Positions 10,894 to 20,562 of a DNA stretch of 64,000 nt are shown one piece after another. Each line of letters opens with the position of its first letter. Positions within the stretch are counted from its first letter, which is position 1. Position numbers and translations under genes: made by a program. The notes below the pieces were generated by a model. The model saw only the letters and a list, made by a program, of their open reading frames with translations. It made no database searches and was not told the origin of the DNA. The DNA comes from an uncultured Candidatus Saccharibacteria bacterium (lineage in GTDB: Bacteria > Patescibacteriota > Doudnabacteria > UBA920), in contig CAYTCJ010000004.1 in the NCBI GenBank assembly GCA_964436545.1, positions 59,368 to 123,367 on the forward strand, in the 5' to 3' direction.

Positions 10894-12237
10894 GTGCAAA
10901 ATTTAAAACCGCAAAATTTACCCTCAGGTTTTTTTTCACCTCACTTGCGATGGTGGCAGTTTTGGAATTGGCTTACTTCGGTGAAGGTGGGCTTCTTTTT
11001 GGCCATTCGGCAAATTAAAAGAACCAGTAAATGGACCACGGGGCTCATTGTGTTTATTATGATGCTCGCGTTTTTGAATTTGGTGGTGGTTTCCGGTTTA
11101 TTAGTAGGCTTAATTACCGGATCATTTAAACAGTTTAGAGAAAATTATTCCGGAGAAGTGATTATTACGGCTGCTGCGGGGCGTGACTATATAGAAAATT
11201 CTCCCGGATTACTCGCGTATTTGGCAAATCATCCCAAAGTCACCTCCTTTTCTCCCAGGTATGGTTTAAGCGCTCAAATTTTAGGCACTTTGAGCGAAAA
11301 CCCCAAACCCAAAGAAAGGGCCAACAAAATTGGCGCCAGGTTAGTGGGGCTGGATCCGGCCAAGGAAGAAGTTTTAACCGGTTTTTCCAGGTTTCTTATT
11401 AAAGGCGAAAATTTACGGGTAGGTGAATCGGGCTATATTTTACTCGGCTCCAATTTACTGAAAGAATACTCTTCGTTTGCCGATGCGAATATCCCAGGAC
11501 TGGATTTGCTGAAAGGTTTAGACGTGGGCTCAAAAGTTAGAGCCAGCATTACCAGCGCCAGCGGAGAAACTATTTCTCGCGATTTTATTGTCAAAGGGAT
11601 TTTAAAAAGTAAAGTCGATGAAATTTCCGCTCGGTTTTTTGTGTTAGACACCGATTTAAAAACTTTAATGCAAAACAATAAAGAACAAGTGCAGGAAATT
11701 GCCATTCGCACAGACTATACTTTTGCCCCGGACTTAGTGGCTGAGCTGAAAGCCTATATGGGCAATTTTTCGGCTCGGATTCAAACTACCGATGAAGCCA
11801 TTCCTTCTTTTTTACGTAACATCGAAACCACTTTTAAAGTTTTAGGCAACGCACTGTCTTCCATTGCTTTAATTGTGGCTTCGATAACCGTATTTATTGT
11901 AATTTTTATTAATGCGGTTACTAAACGAAAGTTTATTGGGATTATGAAGGGGATTGGTATTACTCCGACTGCCATTCAGTTTTCCTATATCTTTCAAGCA
12001 CTGTTTTATGGGATTATTGGTTCGGGGATTGGGCTGTTTTTAACTTTTGGCATTTTAAAACCGTTTTTTGATAATAATCCGATCGATTTTCCTTTTTCCG
12101 ATGGTATTTTGGTTGTCACGCCCATGGGGGCCTTAATTAGAGTTTTGATTTTATTGACCATTACTCTTTTGGCCGGTTATTTACCCGCTAAATTAATTAT
12201 CCGAAAAAATACCTTGGACGCGATTTTGGGCAGATAA
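10894..12237 (+). CDS. ABC transporter permease (FtsX/MacB-like)
   Basis: TM1, large extracytoplasmic loop, three C-terminal TMs; KRKFIGIMKGIG. Confidence 0.9.
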   Translation: MQNLKPQNLPSGFFSPHLRWWQFWNWLTSVKVGFFLAIRQIKRTSKWTTGLIVFIMMLAFLNLVVVSGLLVGLITGSFKQFRENYSGEVIITAAAGRDYIENSPGLLAYLANHPKVTSFSPRYGLSAQILGTLSENPKPKERANKIGARLVGLDPAKEEVLTGFSRFLIKGENLRVGESGYILLGSNLLKEYSSFADANIPGLDLLKGLDVGSKVRASITSASGETISRDFIVKGILKSKVDEISARFFVLDTDLKTLMQNNKEQVQEIAIRTDYTFAPDLVAELKAYMGNFSARIQTTDEAIPSFLRNIETTFKVLGNALSSIALIVASITVFIVIFINAVTKRKFIGIMKGIGITPTAIQFSYIFQALFYGIIGSGIGLFLTFGILKPFFDNNPIDFPFSDGILVVTPMGALIRVLILLTITLLAGYLPAKLIIRKNTLDAILGR

Positions 12238-12335
12238 TTTTAATAAGCAAAAATAAAAAAAATAAAAATTGGTTGGGATTTTAAAAAGTAATTTATGTCA
12301 ATTTTGTCATTTATTTAATTTTTTTCAATATTTTT

Positions 12336-13028
12336 ATGATTAGAGCTGAAAAACTAACGAAAATTTTTGGAGAAGGGGAATTGTCTTTTACTGCGCTGAG
12401 TGAAGTGGATTTAACGATTGCGGAAAAAGAATTTGTGGCCATTATTGGACCTTCGGGAGCGGGTAAGTCCACTTTACTTTACCAGTTATCTTTATTAGAC
12501 GATCCGACTTCCGGAGAAATCTATTTGGATACTCTTGCCACTTCTAATTTAAGCCAAAGCGAAAAAACTTTAAAGCGTTTAAATGAACTGGGGTATATTT
12601 TTCAAGATTATGCCCTCCTCCCTGAACTGACGGCTTTAGAAAATGTGGCTTTACCTTTGTTAATGCAAGGCTTAACTCGCCCGGAAGCTAATTGGAAAGC
12701 TTTGGAAGGTTTGGCGCGGGTGGGTCTGAAAGAGAAGGCCAAAAATTTACCGAGTCAGCTTTCCGGCGGTCAACAACAACGGGTCTCCATTGCCCGCGCA
12801 ATTGCCCATAATCCCAAAATTATTTTTGCCGATGAACCCACGGCCAATTTAGACACCAAAACTTCCACGGAGGTGTTAAAAGTTTTTATGGATTTACATC
12901 AACAAGGTCAAACCATTATTATGGTGACTCACGAACAAGAATTTGCCGATGTCGCGGAAAGAATTATTGAAATGAAAGACGGAAAAATTTTGTCCGATAA
13001 GTCTAAATCTCGCTTGGTCAAAAGTTAA
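12336..13028 (+). CDS. ABC transporter ATPase (LolD/MacB-like)
   Basis: GPSGAGKST, LSGGQQQRV, ADEPTANLD, VTHE. Confidence 0.95.
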   Translation: MIRAEKLTKIFGEGELSFTALSEVDLTIAEKEFVAIIGPSGAGKSTLLYQLSLLDDPTSGEIYLDTLATSNLSQSEKTLKRLNELGYIFQDYALLPELTALENVALPLLMQGLTRPEANWKALEGLARVGLKEKAKNLPSQLSGGQQQRVSIARAIAHNPKIIFADEPTANLDTKTSTEVLKVFMDLHQQGQTIIMVTHEQEFADVAERIIEMKDGKILSDKSKSRLVKS

Positions 13029-13043
13029 CCACAACAAAGTTTT

Positions 13044-14282
13044 ATGCGAACCAAAACCCGCATTGTCATTTTAGGAGCCGGTTTTAGTGGCTTAAGTTTA
13101 GCTTTAAAATTGGCTAAATTGGTGAAGGCCGGTTTAGCTTGGGAAATTATCTTAATCGATAAGCGACCCTATCATTTATTTGTGCCCAATTTGTATTCGG
13201 TAGCCACGGGAGCGGAAGAATTGGCCAGCCAGCAGGAACTAAAAAAAAGTGTAGCTTTGAATTTTGAGGAAATTTTAAAGACTCAGCCCATTACTTTTGA
13301 ATTAGGTGAAGTTACGGGCGTAGATGAAACTCAAAAAGTGGTGAAGTTGTCCAACAAACAAATTCAGTATGATTGGTTGGTTTTGGCTTTAGGCTCCAAG
13401 GCCAGTTATTTAAATGTGCCGGGAGCGGAAAATTATGCTTTGCCTTTAAAGACTTTGCCCGATGCTTTACGGATAAAAAATGCAGTGGAGTTTGCCATTC
13501 AAGCCAGGCAATACGAGAAGCAAAAAAATAAAATTGTCATTATGGTGGCTGGGGGAGGTTATGCCGGTACGGAAATTGCTTGTGAACTGGCATCGTTATT
13601 GGATTTTTTGGCTTGGAAATACCAAGTTGTCAGAAGCCAGGTGGAAGTGGTAATAATTGAATCGGGTAAAGCGTTAGTTACCGCCATGGGGAGCCGAAGT
13701 AGTCGGGCAGTGTCGCGACGGTTGTCTGAGCTGGGTGTGGGGGTTAAACTGAATAGTCGGATTCACACTGTTCGAGAAAAAAGTGTGGAATTGGAAAACG
13801 GTGAAATTTTAAATTTTGATGTATTAATTTGGACAGTCGGCATTGCCGGAGTGGCTTTACCTGCGGGGCTTGAAGTGCCACTCGATAAACAACAGCGCAT
13901 TTTAACCGATAGCTATTTAAGAGTGCAGGGTAAGCACGAAATATTTGTCATTGGCGATTTGGCTAAAATTATTTACTCTGCCGGCGAAGTCCCGGCAAGC
14001 GCTCAAGATGCGATTCATCAAGCCCAATATTTGAGTCGGGCGCTCATCAGTTTTTCTAAAAATCAATTACCCGCGGTTTATAAACCAAAAAACCATGGGT
14101 TTATTTTAGCCATGGGTAAAGGACAAGCGATTTTAAATATTTGGCCGATCTTTTGGCAAGGGCGGTTAGCTTACCTAGCCCACGAAGTGGCTCAAATGGG
14201 CTACTATGCTTCCATAATTGGTTGGTGGAAAGCTGGGAGATATTGTTGGTTTTCTCAGAATATTTGGAAAAGGAAAAATTAA
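13044..14282 (+). CDS. ndh: type II NADH dehydrogenase-like FAD oxidoreductase
   Basis: ILGAGFSG, YDWLVLALGS, AGGGYAGTEIA, FVIGD, AQDAIHQA. Confidence 0.85.
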   Translation: MRTKTRIVILGAGFSGLSLALKLAKLVKAGLAWEIILIDKRPYHLFVPNLYSVATGAEELASQQELKKSVALNFEEILKTQPITFELGEVTGVDETQKVVKLSNKQIQYDWLVLALGSKASYLNVPGAENYALPLKTLPDALRIKNAVEFAIQARQYEKQKNKIVIMVAGGGYAGTEIACELASLLDFLAWKYQVVRSQVEVVIIESGKALVTAMGSRSSRAVSRRLSELGVGVKLNSRIHTVREKSVELENGEILNFDVLIWTVGIAGVALPAGLEVPLDKQQRILTDSYLRVQGKHEIFVIGDLAKIIYSAGEVPASAQDAIHQAQYLSRALISFSKNQLPAVYKPKNHGFILAMGKGQAILNIWPIFWQGRLAYLAHEVAQMGYYASIIGWWKAGRYCWFSQNIWKRKN

Positions 14283-14293
14283 AACCGAGTAAG

Positions 14294-16612
14294 TTACTCG
14301 GTTTTCTTTTTGTAAACTTTTTTAGGTTTGGGCGGATTGGCTAACCAGTGTTTGTAGGCTTCATCGAGCTGTGTTTGGCTTTCTGGTTTTACATTCATTA
14401 CAAAAGTGCAGTCGGGAAAACGCGTGCAAGCAAAGAAGGGTTTGCCCCGACCTCGGGATTTTTTTTCTACCACATCACCCGGTTTGTCTTTGCGAGCATC
14501 GGTCGCTAAACAATTGGGACACTTGTAGCCGGTTTTGTTCCAAATTTTGCTAATGCCTTTACATTTAGGATAGTCCACACAACCTAAGAAAAACCCAAAC
14601 CTGCCCCGCCTTACACCCATTTGTTTTCCGCAAATTGGGCACATTTCGCCTTTGGTCTTTTCTTCCAATTCCTTAATTTTTACTGCTTCTTCGGGCATAG
14701 GCTGGGTAATTTTACTTTCCGGATCCGGACAGGCGAGAAATTTGCCATTCCTCCCGTACTTAATAAGCATCATTTTTCCGCAGTGGGTACAAGGAGTTGT
14801 GGAGACCTCGATTTGTTTTTCTACGGTTTTTTCTTTCTCAATTAAGTGTTGTTTAAAGGGCCCATAAAATTCGTTCATCACTTCCACCCATTTGATTTTG
14901 CCTTCGGCGATCAAATCCAATTCCGCTTCAATGTGGGAGGTAAAATTTATATCTACAATTTCCGGAAAATTTTCCACTAACATATCGTTTACCAAAAAAC
15001 CCTCTTCAGTGGGGGAGTAGCGTTTATCGAGCTTATTGACATAGCCACGGTCTTGAATGGTGGAAAGGGTGGGGGCGTAGGTAGAAGGCCTGCCCACTCC
15101 ATGGGCTTCTAAGGCTTTAATTAAAGTGGCGTCGCTATAGCGAGCCGGAGGTTCTGTAAAATGCTGAAGGGGTAACAGTTCGTGGAGTTTTAATTTTTCA
15201 TCGACCGATAGTTCAGGCAACACCCCTTCGATTTCGTCTTCCGCTTTTTCGTCCGTATCTTCGGTATAGGCGCGAATGAAGCCGTCAAATTTAATAACTT
15301 GCCCATGAGCGCGAAAGAGAAACGCCCCCGGCTTCGCCACCCCCTCTTTGGCCAAAGAGGGGGGAGGGGGAGTTGCCTTTATATCCACGGCGGTTTGTTC
15401 CAAGGTGGCGGGTGTCATTTGGCAAGCAATAGTGCGTTTCCAAATGAGACTGTAAATTTTTTTCTGTCCCGCGTCTAAGTACTGGGCTAGGTCTTCGGGT
15501 TTTCTTAAAACGTCCGTGGGCCTTATGGCTTCGTGCGCTTCTTGGGCGCCTTTGGATTTGTTCGTAAAGTGCCGAGGTTCAGCTAAGGCATATGCTTTCC
15601 CAAAATGACTCTCAATAACTTGTTTTATGGTATCCAGTGCGGATTTAGCTAAGTTCAAACTATCCGTTCTCATGTAAGTAATCAGTCCGGTATGGCCTTC
15701 TTGGCCTAAATTTATGCCTTCGTATAATTGTTGGGCAATGACCATGGTTTGCTTTGCCGACATGCCAAATTTGCGCGCAGCTTCTTGCTGGAGGGTGGAA
15801 GTGGTAAATGGGGCTGATGGGTTGCGTTTCACTTCTTTTTGGGAAATCTCCACCACCTTGTACGTGGCTCCATCTAGGTCTTGAACAATTTTTTTTGCGT
15901 CAATCTCTTTGTTAATATCCATCTTGCCCACAGCTTTTTCGTCGATTTTGTGAAGCTTCGCAGTAAAAACTTTTTTATCATCGGCAGGGGATAATTGAGC
16001 TTCTATGCTCCAGTATTCCTCTTTAACAAATTTTTGAATTTCTCTTTCTCTTTCCACCACCAGTCTTACCGCCACCGATTGCACCCGACCTGCGCTTAAA
16101 CCATAGCGAATTTTTCGCCACAAAAACGGTGACAGTTCATAGCCCACTAACCGGTCGAGCACCCTTCGGGCTTGCTGGGCATCTACTAAATTTAAATCTA
16201 AATCTCGGGGATTTTTTAGCGCTTCGTCAATGGCAGTTTTGGTAATTTCGTGAAAAACAATGCGCTTTATGCGTTTGTCTTCCTTGCCTTTGGCAATTTC
16301 CGCTTCGTCGCCCAAACCTAAAGCTTGCACCAAATGCCAAGAAATGGCCTCGCCTTCGCGGTCTTCATCAGTCGCTAATATAATAGAGGGGGCGGTTTTG
16401 GCGTCCTTTTTTAGTTCCGTAATAATTTCTTTGGCTTTGGGCGGAATAATATAAGTGGGTTCAAAATCCTTTTTAACATCAATAGAAATTTTACTTTTGG
16501 GCAAATCCCGCACATGACCAAAACTGGCCTTGACTGTATATCCATTCCCTAAAAAACGCGAAATGGTTTTCGCTTTGGTGGGGGACTCAACAATAATTAA
16601 AGGTTTGGACAT
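14294..16612 (-). CDS. topA: DNA topoisomerase I
   Basis: IVESPTKAK, ATDEDREGE, SAGRVQS, ITYMRTDS, C-terminal Zn ribbons; start taken at MSKPLIIVES. Confidence 0.98.
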   Translation of the reverse strand: MSKPLIIVESPTKAKTISRFLGNGYTVKASFGHVRDLPKSKISIDVKKDFEPTYIIPPKAKEIITELKKDAKTAPSIILATDEDREGEAISWHLVQALGLGDEAEIAKGKEDKRIKRIVFHEITKTAIDEALKNPRDLDLNLVDAQQARRVLDRLVGYELSPFLWRKIRYGLSAGRVQSVAVRLVVEREREIQKFVKEEYWSIEAQLSPADDKKVFTAKLHKIDEKAVGKMDINKEIDAKKIVQDLDGATYKVVEISQKEVKRNPSAPFTTSTLQQEAARKFGMSAKQTMVIAQQLYEGINLGQEGHTGLITYMRTDSLNLAKSALDTIKQVIESHFGKAYALAEPRHFTNKSKGAQEAHEAIRPTDVLRKPEDLAQYLDAGQKKIYSLIWKRTIACQMTPATLEQTAVDIKATPPPPSLAKEGVAKPGAFLFRAHGQVIKFDGFIRAYTEDTDEKAEDEIEGVLPELSVDEKLKLHELLPLQHFTEPPARYSDATLIKALEAHGVGRPSTYAPTLSTIQDRGYVNKLDKRYSPTEEGFLVNDMLVENFPEIVDINFTSHIEAELDLIAEGKIKWVEVMNEFYGPFKQHLIEKEKTVEKQIEVSTTPCTHCGKMMLIKYGRNGKFLACPDPESKITQPMPEEAVKIKELEEKTKGEMCPICGKQMGVRRGRFGFFLGCVDYPKCKGISKIWNKTGYKCPNCLATDARKDKPGDVVEKKSRGRGKPFFACTRFPDCTFVMNVKPESQTQLDEAYKHWLANPPKPKKVYKKKTE

Positions 16613-16833
16613 AGGTAAGTGAATAATGCTTAGTGAATAGAGATAAGGATAAAACATTTTGTCTTTGCCTATTCTCTTTTCACTGCTCTCTTGTCGCTAA
16701 TTACAAAAGTGAGTTTAACCATAAAAAAAATAATTGTCAAACAGTAGGGAAAGAAGTATGAATTAGGAATTATGAATTATGAATAGGAAAAAAATAATAT
16801 TGAGGCATTTTACTTTATCATTCGTGTTTTTTC

Positions 16834-16923
16834 TTGTCATTCCCGCGTAGGCGGGAATCCAGTGCTTGTTTGGAAATAGATCCCGGATATTGTTCGGATG
16901 CACTCACAATTCCGGGATGACAA
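16834..16923. repeat. palindromic REP/RPE-like element (TGTCAT..ATGACA family)
   Basis: TTGTCATTCCCGCGTAGGCGGGAATCC ... TTCCGGGATGACAA. Confidence 0.8.
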
Positions 16924-16979
16924 CAGGTTGTGCTTGATTTTTAAAGAGAGAGAGTAGTGTATGGGGGAAAGGAGGTGCT

Positions 16980-17084
16980 GTGAGAAAAGCCTTGAGCCTT
17001 CTCGGTGTTGTCGCTTTTGTTTTGGGCCTTATGGCCCTAGCGTACTACATCGAGATGCCAGCGGGACACCTGCACACTGGGTGA
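16980..17084 (+). CDS. 34-aa single-TM small protein (MRKALSLLGVVAFVLGLMALAYYIEMPAGHLHTG)
   Basis: AAAGGAGGT SD directly before GTG, hydrophobic core, terminator hairpin after; not in ORF track. Confidence 0.6.
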   Translation: MRKALSLLGVVAFVLGLMALAYYIEMPAGHLHTG

Positions 17085-17090
17085 TCCCGT

Positions 17091-17132
17091 AGACCGACGT
17101 CAGGGGGCCTTAACCCCTTTGGCGTCGGTTTT
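17091..17132. terminator. bidirectional terminator hairpin
   Basis: AGACCGACGTCAGGGGG..CCCCTTTGGCGTCGGTTT between convergent genes. Confidence 0.65.
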
Positions 17133-18426
17133 ATTTTAAAATTTTTGTATTTATATTAATTTTCTCTAAAATCTTTTGGGTTTCGGTTTCATTGGCTAAA
17201 CGGGGCGTGGAAAAGTTTTCTATTATGACTGGCAAAAGTTCAATGGAGTCGAGTGTGACAGGGGTTTTAGTGCCTTGCAGTTCATTTTGATTTTTGATTT
17301 TTGATATTTGAATTTTCAGTGTCAGTCCCTCTGTGGTTTCTTGGCTCCAGTCTTGGTCAAAAATAAAGTTGCCCAGAGAATAGAAAATGTATTTACAGTC
17401 TTTGCCCCCCTCCCTACCCCTCCCCACGAGGGGGAGGGAACTGGAAGCATTAGCCTCCATCTTGGGGAGTAAATTTTTATTTTCCTCTCCCTTGATGGGA
17501 GGGGTTAGGGGAGGGTGATTGTTGCTATTGGGACAATATTTTTCAATTGTCTGTATCCAATGCGGGTGAGCGCCAATTACCATATCCGCTCCCAAATCAA
17601 TGGCCTTATGGGCAAAATCTATTTGCGCCTTGTTAGGTGTGTATGTATATTCGGTTCCGGCATGCATTGTAGCCACCGTATAATCACACAGGGTTTTTGA
17701 TGTAGTAATGGATAATTTTAAATTTTCCATATCTTCTATTCTCGCTACGTAATCATTATTGCTTTTCCCATTGTCATTGATCGAAGCGTAAGACGCGCCC
17801 ACAAAACAGATTTTTATGCCGTTAGTTTCCACCACTGCCGGTTGCCAAGCTTGACTGAGGTCCAAGCCGGCTCCCACTGTTAAAACATTATTTTGCGTGA
17901 GAAGTTGTTTGGTGAACAGCAGTCCGTCTCGGCCTTTATCTAACGCATGGTTATTGGCTAAGTTGAGAACTTTAAATTTATTTTCCATTAAACCGCTTAA
18001 ACTGGAAGTGGGGGAGGCGAAAATTAGAGCACTGCCCCCAATAATGGGTTTTTCTGAAAAAGGGGTTTCTAAATTCCCAAAATTAAAATCTGTGGAGTTT
18101 AAGAGTGGGGAGAGTCTGGAAAAAGGCAAAAGCGGATTGTTGGCTTGTTTAATTTTTAAAGCAACTTTGCGTGAGAGCATAATGTCGCCCACAGCCAGAA
18201 AGGTCGTTTGAGTTTTTTCTACGGGTTTGTCTTTAGCAAGCGTTTGGGCTTTATTATAAAAAGCCCAAAGTTCGTTTTCGGCTGTTTTGGATAGTGCTAC
18301 GGTTTTAACATTGGGATGATTGATGCTGTAAGTTTTTTCTTTACGTTGCATTAAGCCTAAAGCTATGGCCAAAGCAAACAGGAGAGGAAGAATAAATTTT
18401 AAATATTTAGAGGGTATAAATTTCAT
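17131..18426 (-). CDS. CapA/PGA_cap-family metallophosphoesterase
   Basis: AVGDIMLSR, GNLETP, LANNHALD, MHAGTEY, GAHPHWIQ, YSLGNFIFDQ. Confidence 0.92.
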   Translation of the reverse strand: MKFIPSKYLKFILPLLFALAIALGLMQRKEKTYSINHPNVKTVALSKTAENELWAFYNKAQTLAKDKPVEKTQTTFLAVGDIMLSRKVALKIKQANNPLLPFSRLSPLLNSTDFNFGNLETPFSEKPIIGGSALIFASPTSSLSGLMENKFKVLNLANNHALDKGRDGLLFTKQLLTQNNVLTVGAGLDLSQAWQPAVVETNGIKICFVGASYASINDNGKSNNDYVARIEDMENLKLSITTSKTLCDYTVATMHAGTEYTYTPNKAQIDFAHKAIDLGADMVIGAHPHWIQTIEKYCPNSNNHPPLTPPIKGEENKNLLPKMEANASSSLPLVGRGREGGKDCKYIFYSLGNFIFDQDWSQETTEGLTLKIQISKIKNQNELQGTKTPVTLDSIELLPVIIENFSTPRLANETETQKILEKININTKILK

Positions 18427-18480
18427 TTTGTAATTTAAATTGAAAATTATTTAAAAATTATAAAATTCAAAAATTAGAAA

Positions 18481-19581
18481 TTATCTGCTCAGCACATACT
18501 GTTGCCCGCCCAGATTCCGAATCTGGCCTTTCATTTCTAAAAAAGTCAAGGTAGAAGCTACTTCGCCGGGGCTCAGTTTGGATAATTTGATTATATCATT
18601 AATAAAGGTCGGGGTTTTGCTTAAGCAAGTTAAAATGGTTTGTTCGGTTGGGTTTGGGGAGAAGAGAGCTTGAGTTTGGAGTTCATCGGGTAAGGATTTT
18701 AAGTTAAGATCTTCTAAAATATCTTCGGCTGTAGTGACCAGTTTGGCGCCCATTTTAATTAAATTGTTAGGGCCTTGACTTTGCGAGGAGTAGATGGGTC
18801 CGGGTACGGCATAAATTTGCCGATTTTGTTCCAAGGCGTGGTTTGCGGTAATTAAGGAGCCGGAATTTAAATCGCATTCAATCACTAAAGTGCCGACTGA
18901 CAAACCGGCAATTATGCGGTTTCTGGCAATAAAGTGTTGTTTAAAATTGGGGGTGAGGGGCGGATACTCGGAAATTAAACAGCCACCCTTGTCCAAAATT
19001 TCTTGGGCTAATAACTGGTGCTGTTTGGGATAAATGGATTCGGTGTCTAAGCCACCGCCTAAGACCGCAATGGTTTTTTGATTTTGTTTTAAAGCCAGTT
19101 TGTGGGCTTCACCATCTACGCCAAAAGCCATACCCGAAACAATAATGGCTCCGGAGGCGATTATGGGGTCCAGTAAATCGGGCATTACGGTTAAGCCATA
19201 GGTGGTAATTTTCCGACTGCCCACTACGGAAAAACACACTGCGTCGCTGGGAGGTAGGTGTCCTTTAATGTAAAGTAAAGGTGGAAATTTAGAAATTTCT
19301 AATAATAATTTGGGGTAGGCGGGACTTAAAAAACTCAGAAGTTGAATGTGGTGATGTTCTAAAGTAGTCTGCTGTTGAGCTAGATTTAAATGAGTTTTCT
19401 TCTCTAACCAGAGTTGAATGATGTCCGCTTCCAAGCCTGCCAATTTTAAATCAGAGGCAGGTGCAGAAAAGGCTAGTTTAAAATCATTATGAAAATATTG
19501 GGCTAACCGCATGATTCGGGCGGGGCCAATTTGAGGTAATAAATTAAAAGCGTGTATATATAGAGCGTTAGAGTCTAACAT
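18481..19581 (-). CDS. dprA: DNA processing protein DprA
   Basis: VVGSRKIT, VSGMAFGVD, FIARNRIIAGLS, SGSLITA, C-terminal wHTH; ATG at 19581 preferred. Confidence 0.96.
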   Translation of the reverse strand: MLDSNALYIHAFNLLPQIGPARIMRLAQYFHNDFKLAFSAPASDLKLAGLEADIIQLWLEKKTHLNLAQQQTTLEHHHIQLLSFLSPAYPKLLLEISKFPPLLYIKGHLPPSDAVCFSVVGSRKITTYGLTVMPDLLDPIIASGAIIVSGMAFGVDGEAHKLALKQNQKTIAVLGGGLDTESIYPKQHQLLAQEILDKGGCLISEYPPLTPNFKQHFIARNRIIAGLSVGTLVIECDLNSGSLITANHALEQNRQIYAVPGPIYSSQSQGPNNLIKMGAKLVTTAEDILEDLNLKSLPDELQTQALFSPNPTEQTILTCLSKTPTFINDIIKLSKLSPGEVASTLTFLEMKGQIRNLGGQQYVLSR

Positions 19582-19609
19582 TGACAAATAGTTTAAAATA
19601 AGCTATAAT
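19581..19609 (+). promoter_or_regulatory. sigma70-type promoter
   Basis: TTGACA-N17-TATAAT, perfect consensus, no + strand ORF downstream. Confidence 0.75.
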
Positions 19610-19675
19610 AATATCCCAATAATTCCCTATAAATTATTAGGCAAATTCTTAAATTTAGTGTATTCTATTGGCAAC

Positions 19676-19811
19676 TTTGTATTTATTACCCTGTCTGTAG
19701 GTCGCGAAATCTGAAAGACATCCCTCCTAACTTTTAGATATTAGCATTAAGAAAGGGTTTGCAAACATCTGTTTACAACTCTTCACCTGCAGGTGGGGTA
19801 ATGAATGCAAA
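19676..19811 (+). ncRNA. rod-shaped structured RNA, 6S RNA candidate
   Basis: 27-bp closing stem 19676-19702/19785-19811 whose six non-Watson-Crick pairs are all G-U on + strand; central bubble and inner stem; promoter upstream, terminator downstream. Confidence 0.5.
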
Positions 19812-19841
19812 AATCCGCCCCGATAAATCGGGACGGATTTT
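19810..19841. terminator. bidirectional terminator
   Basis: AAAATCCGCCCCGAT-AA-ATCGGGACGGATTTT. Confidence 0.7.
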
Positions 19842-20451
19842 AATTTTGTAATTTTGTAATTTTGTAATTTTTAAAATCAAAAAATTGATTTATTTCAGTT
19901 TTTATTTGAGGAAAAATATCCGCTTGTAGTTTTTGCATTTCATCAGCTGTGAAATTTTGGAGCACAAAAGCTTCGGTGGGTAAATCAGTTTTGGCTTGTC
20001 TGGTTTCCACGCCAACTCGGATGCGGTGGAAATTTTGGGTACCTAAGTGGTCTATAATGTCAGCTACGCCATTATGCCCGGCGGAAGAAGCCGAGGCAGT
20101 GGTTTTCAGTTTGCCCAAAGGCAGGTCAATATCATCGTGAATGACCAATAAATCTGTTTGTGTATTAAGTTTATAAAAATCCGTAAGGGTTTTAACGGCT
20201 TGGCCGGAAAGATTCATAAAAGTTTGGGGTTTGGCAAAAAGGAAATAACTCCCCCCGTCCCCCTCTTTGGAAAAGAGGGGGAGTGAGGCGGAGTGAGGAA
20301 CCTCTAAAATTTCCGAAGCGAATTTTTTTTGCCACTTCCCATTTGTAAATCCTAAATCTGCCATTAACCAATCTAAAACCATCCAGCCTACATTGTGGCG
20401 GGTACTTTTATATTTTTCTCCCGGATTGCCCAGTCCAACAATTATTTTCAT
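19840..20451 (-). CDS. pth: peptidyl-tRNA hydrolase
   Basis: IVGLGNPG, TRHNVG, KPQTFMNLSG, HDDIDL, AGHNG. Confidence 0.97.
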   Translation of the reverse strand: MKIIVGLGNPGEKYKSTRHNVGWMVLDWLMADLGFTNGKWQKKFASEILEVPHSASLPLFSKEGDGGSYFLFAKPQTFMNLSGQAVKTLTDFYKLNTQTDLLVIHDDIDLPLGKLKTTASASSAGHNGVADIIDHLGTQNFHRIRVGVETRQAKTDLPTEAFVLQNFTADEMQKLQADIFPQIKTEINQFFDFKNYKITKLQN

Positions 20452-20462
20452 AGAGTTCGTTA

Positions 20463-20532
20463 AAACATTCTAACATTTTAACATACTAACATTTTAACAT
20501 TCTAACATGCTAACATCTTAACATTCTAACAA
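20463..20532. repeat. tandem 8-mer repeat (AACATTCT-like, about 9 units)
   Basis: aacattct aacatttt aacatact aacatttt aacattct aacatgct aacatctt aacattct aaca. Confidence 0.85.
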
Positions 20533-20562
20533 TATTCATAATTCAACTTCATACCTCTATTC

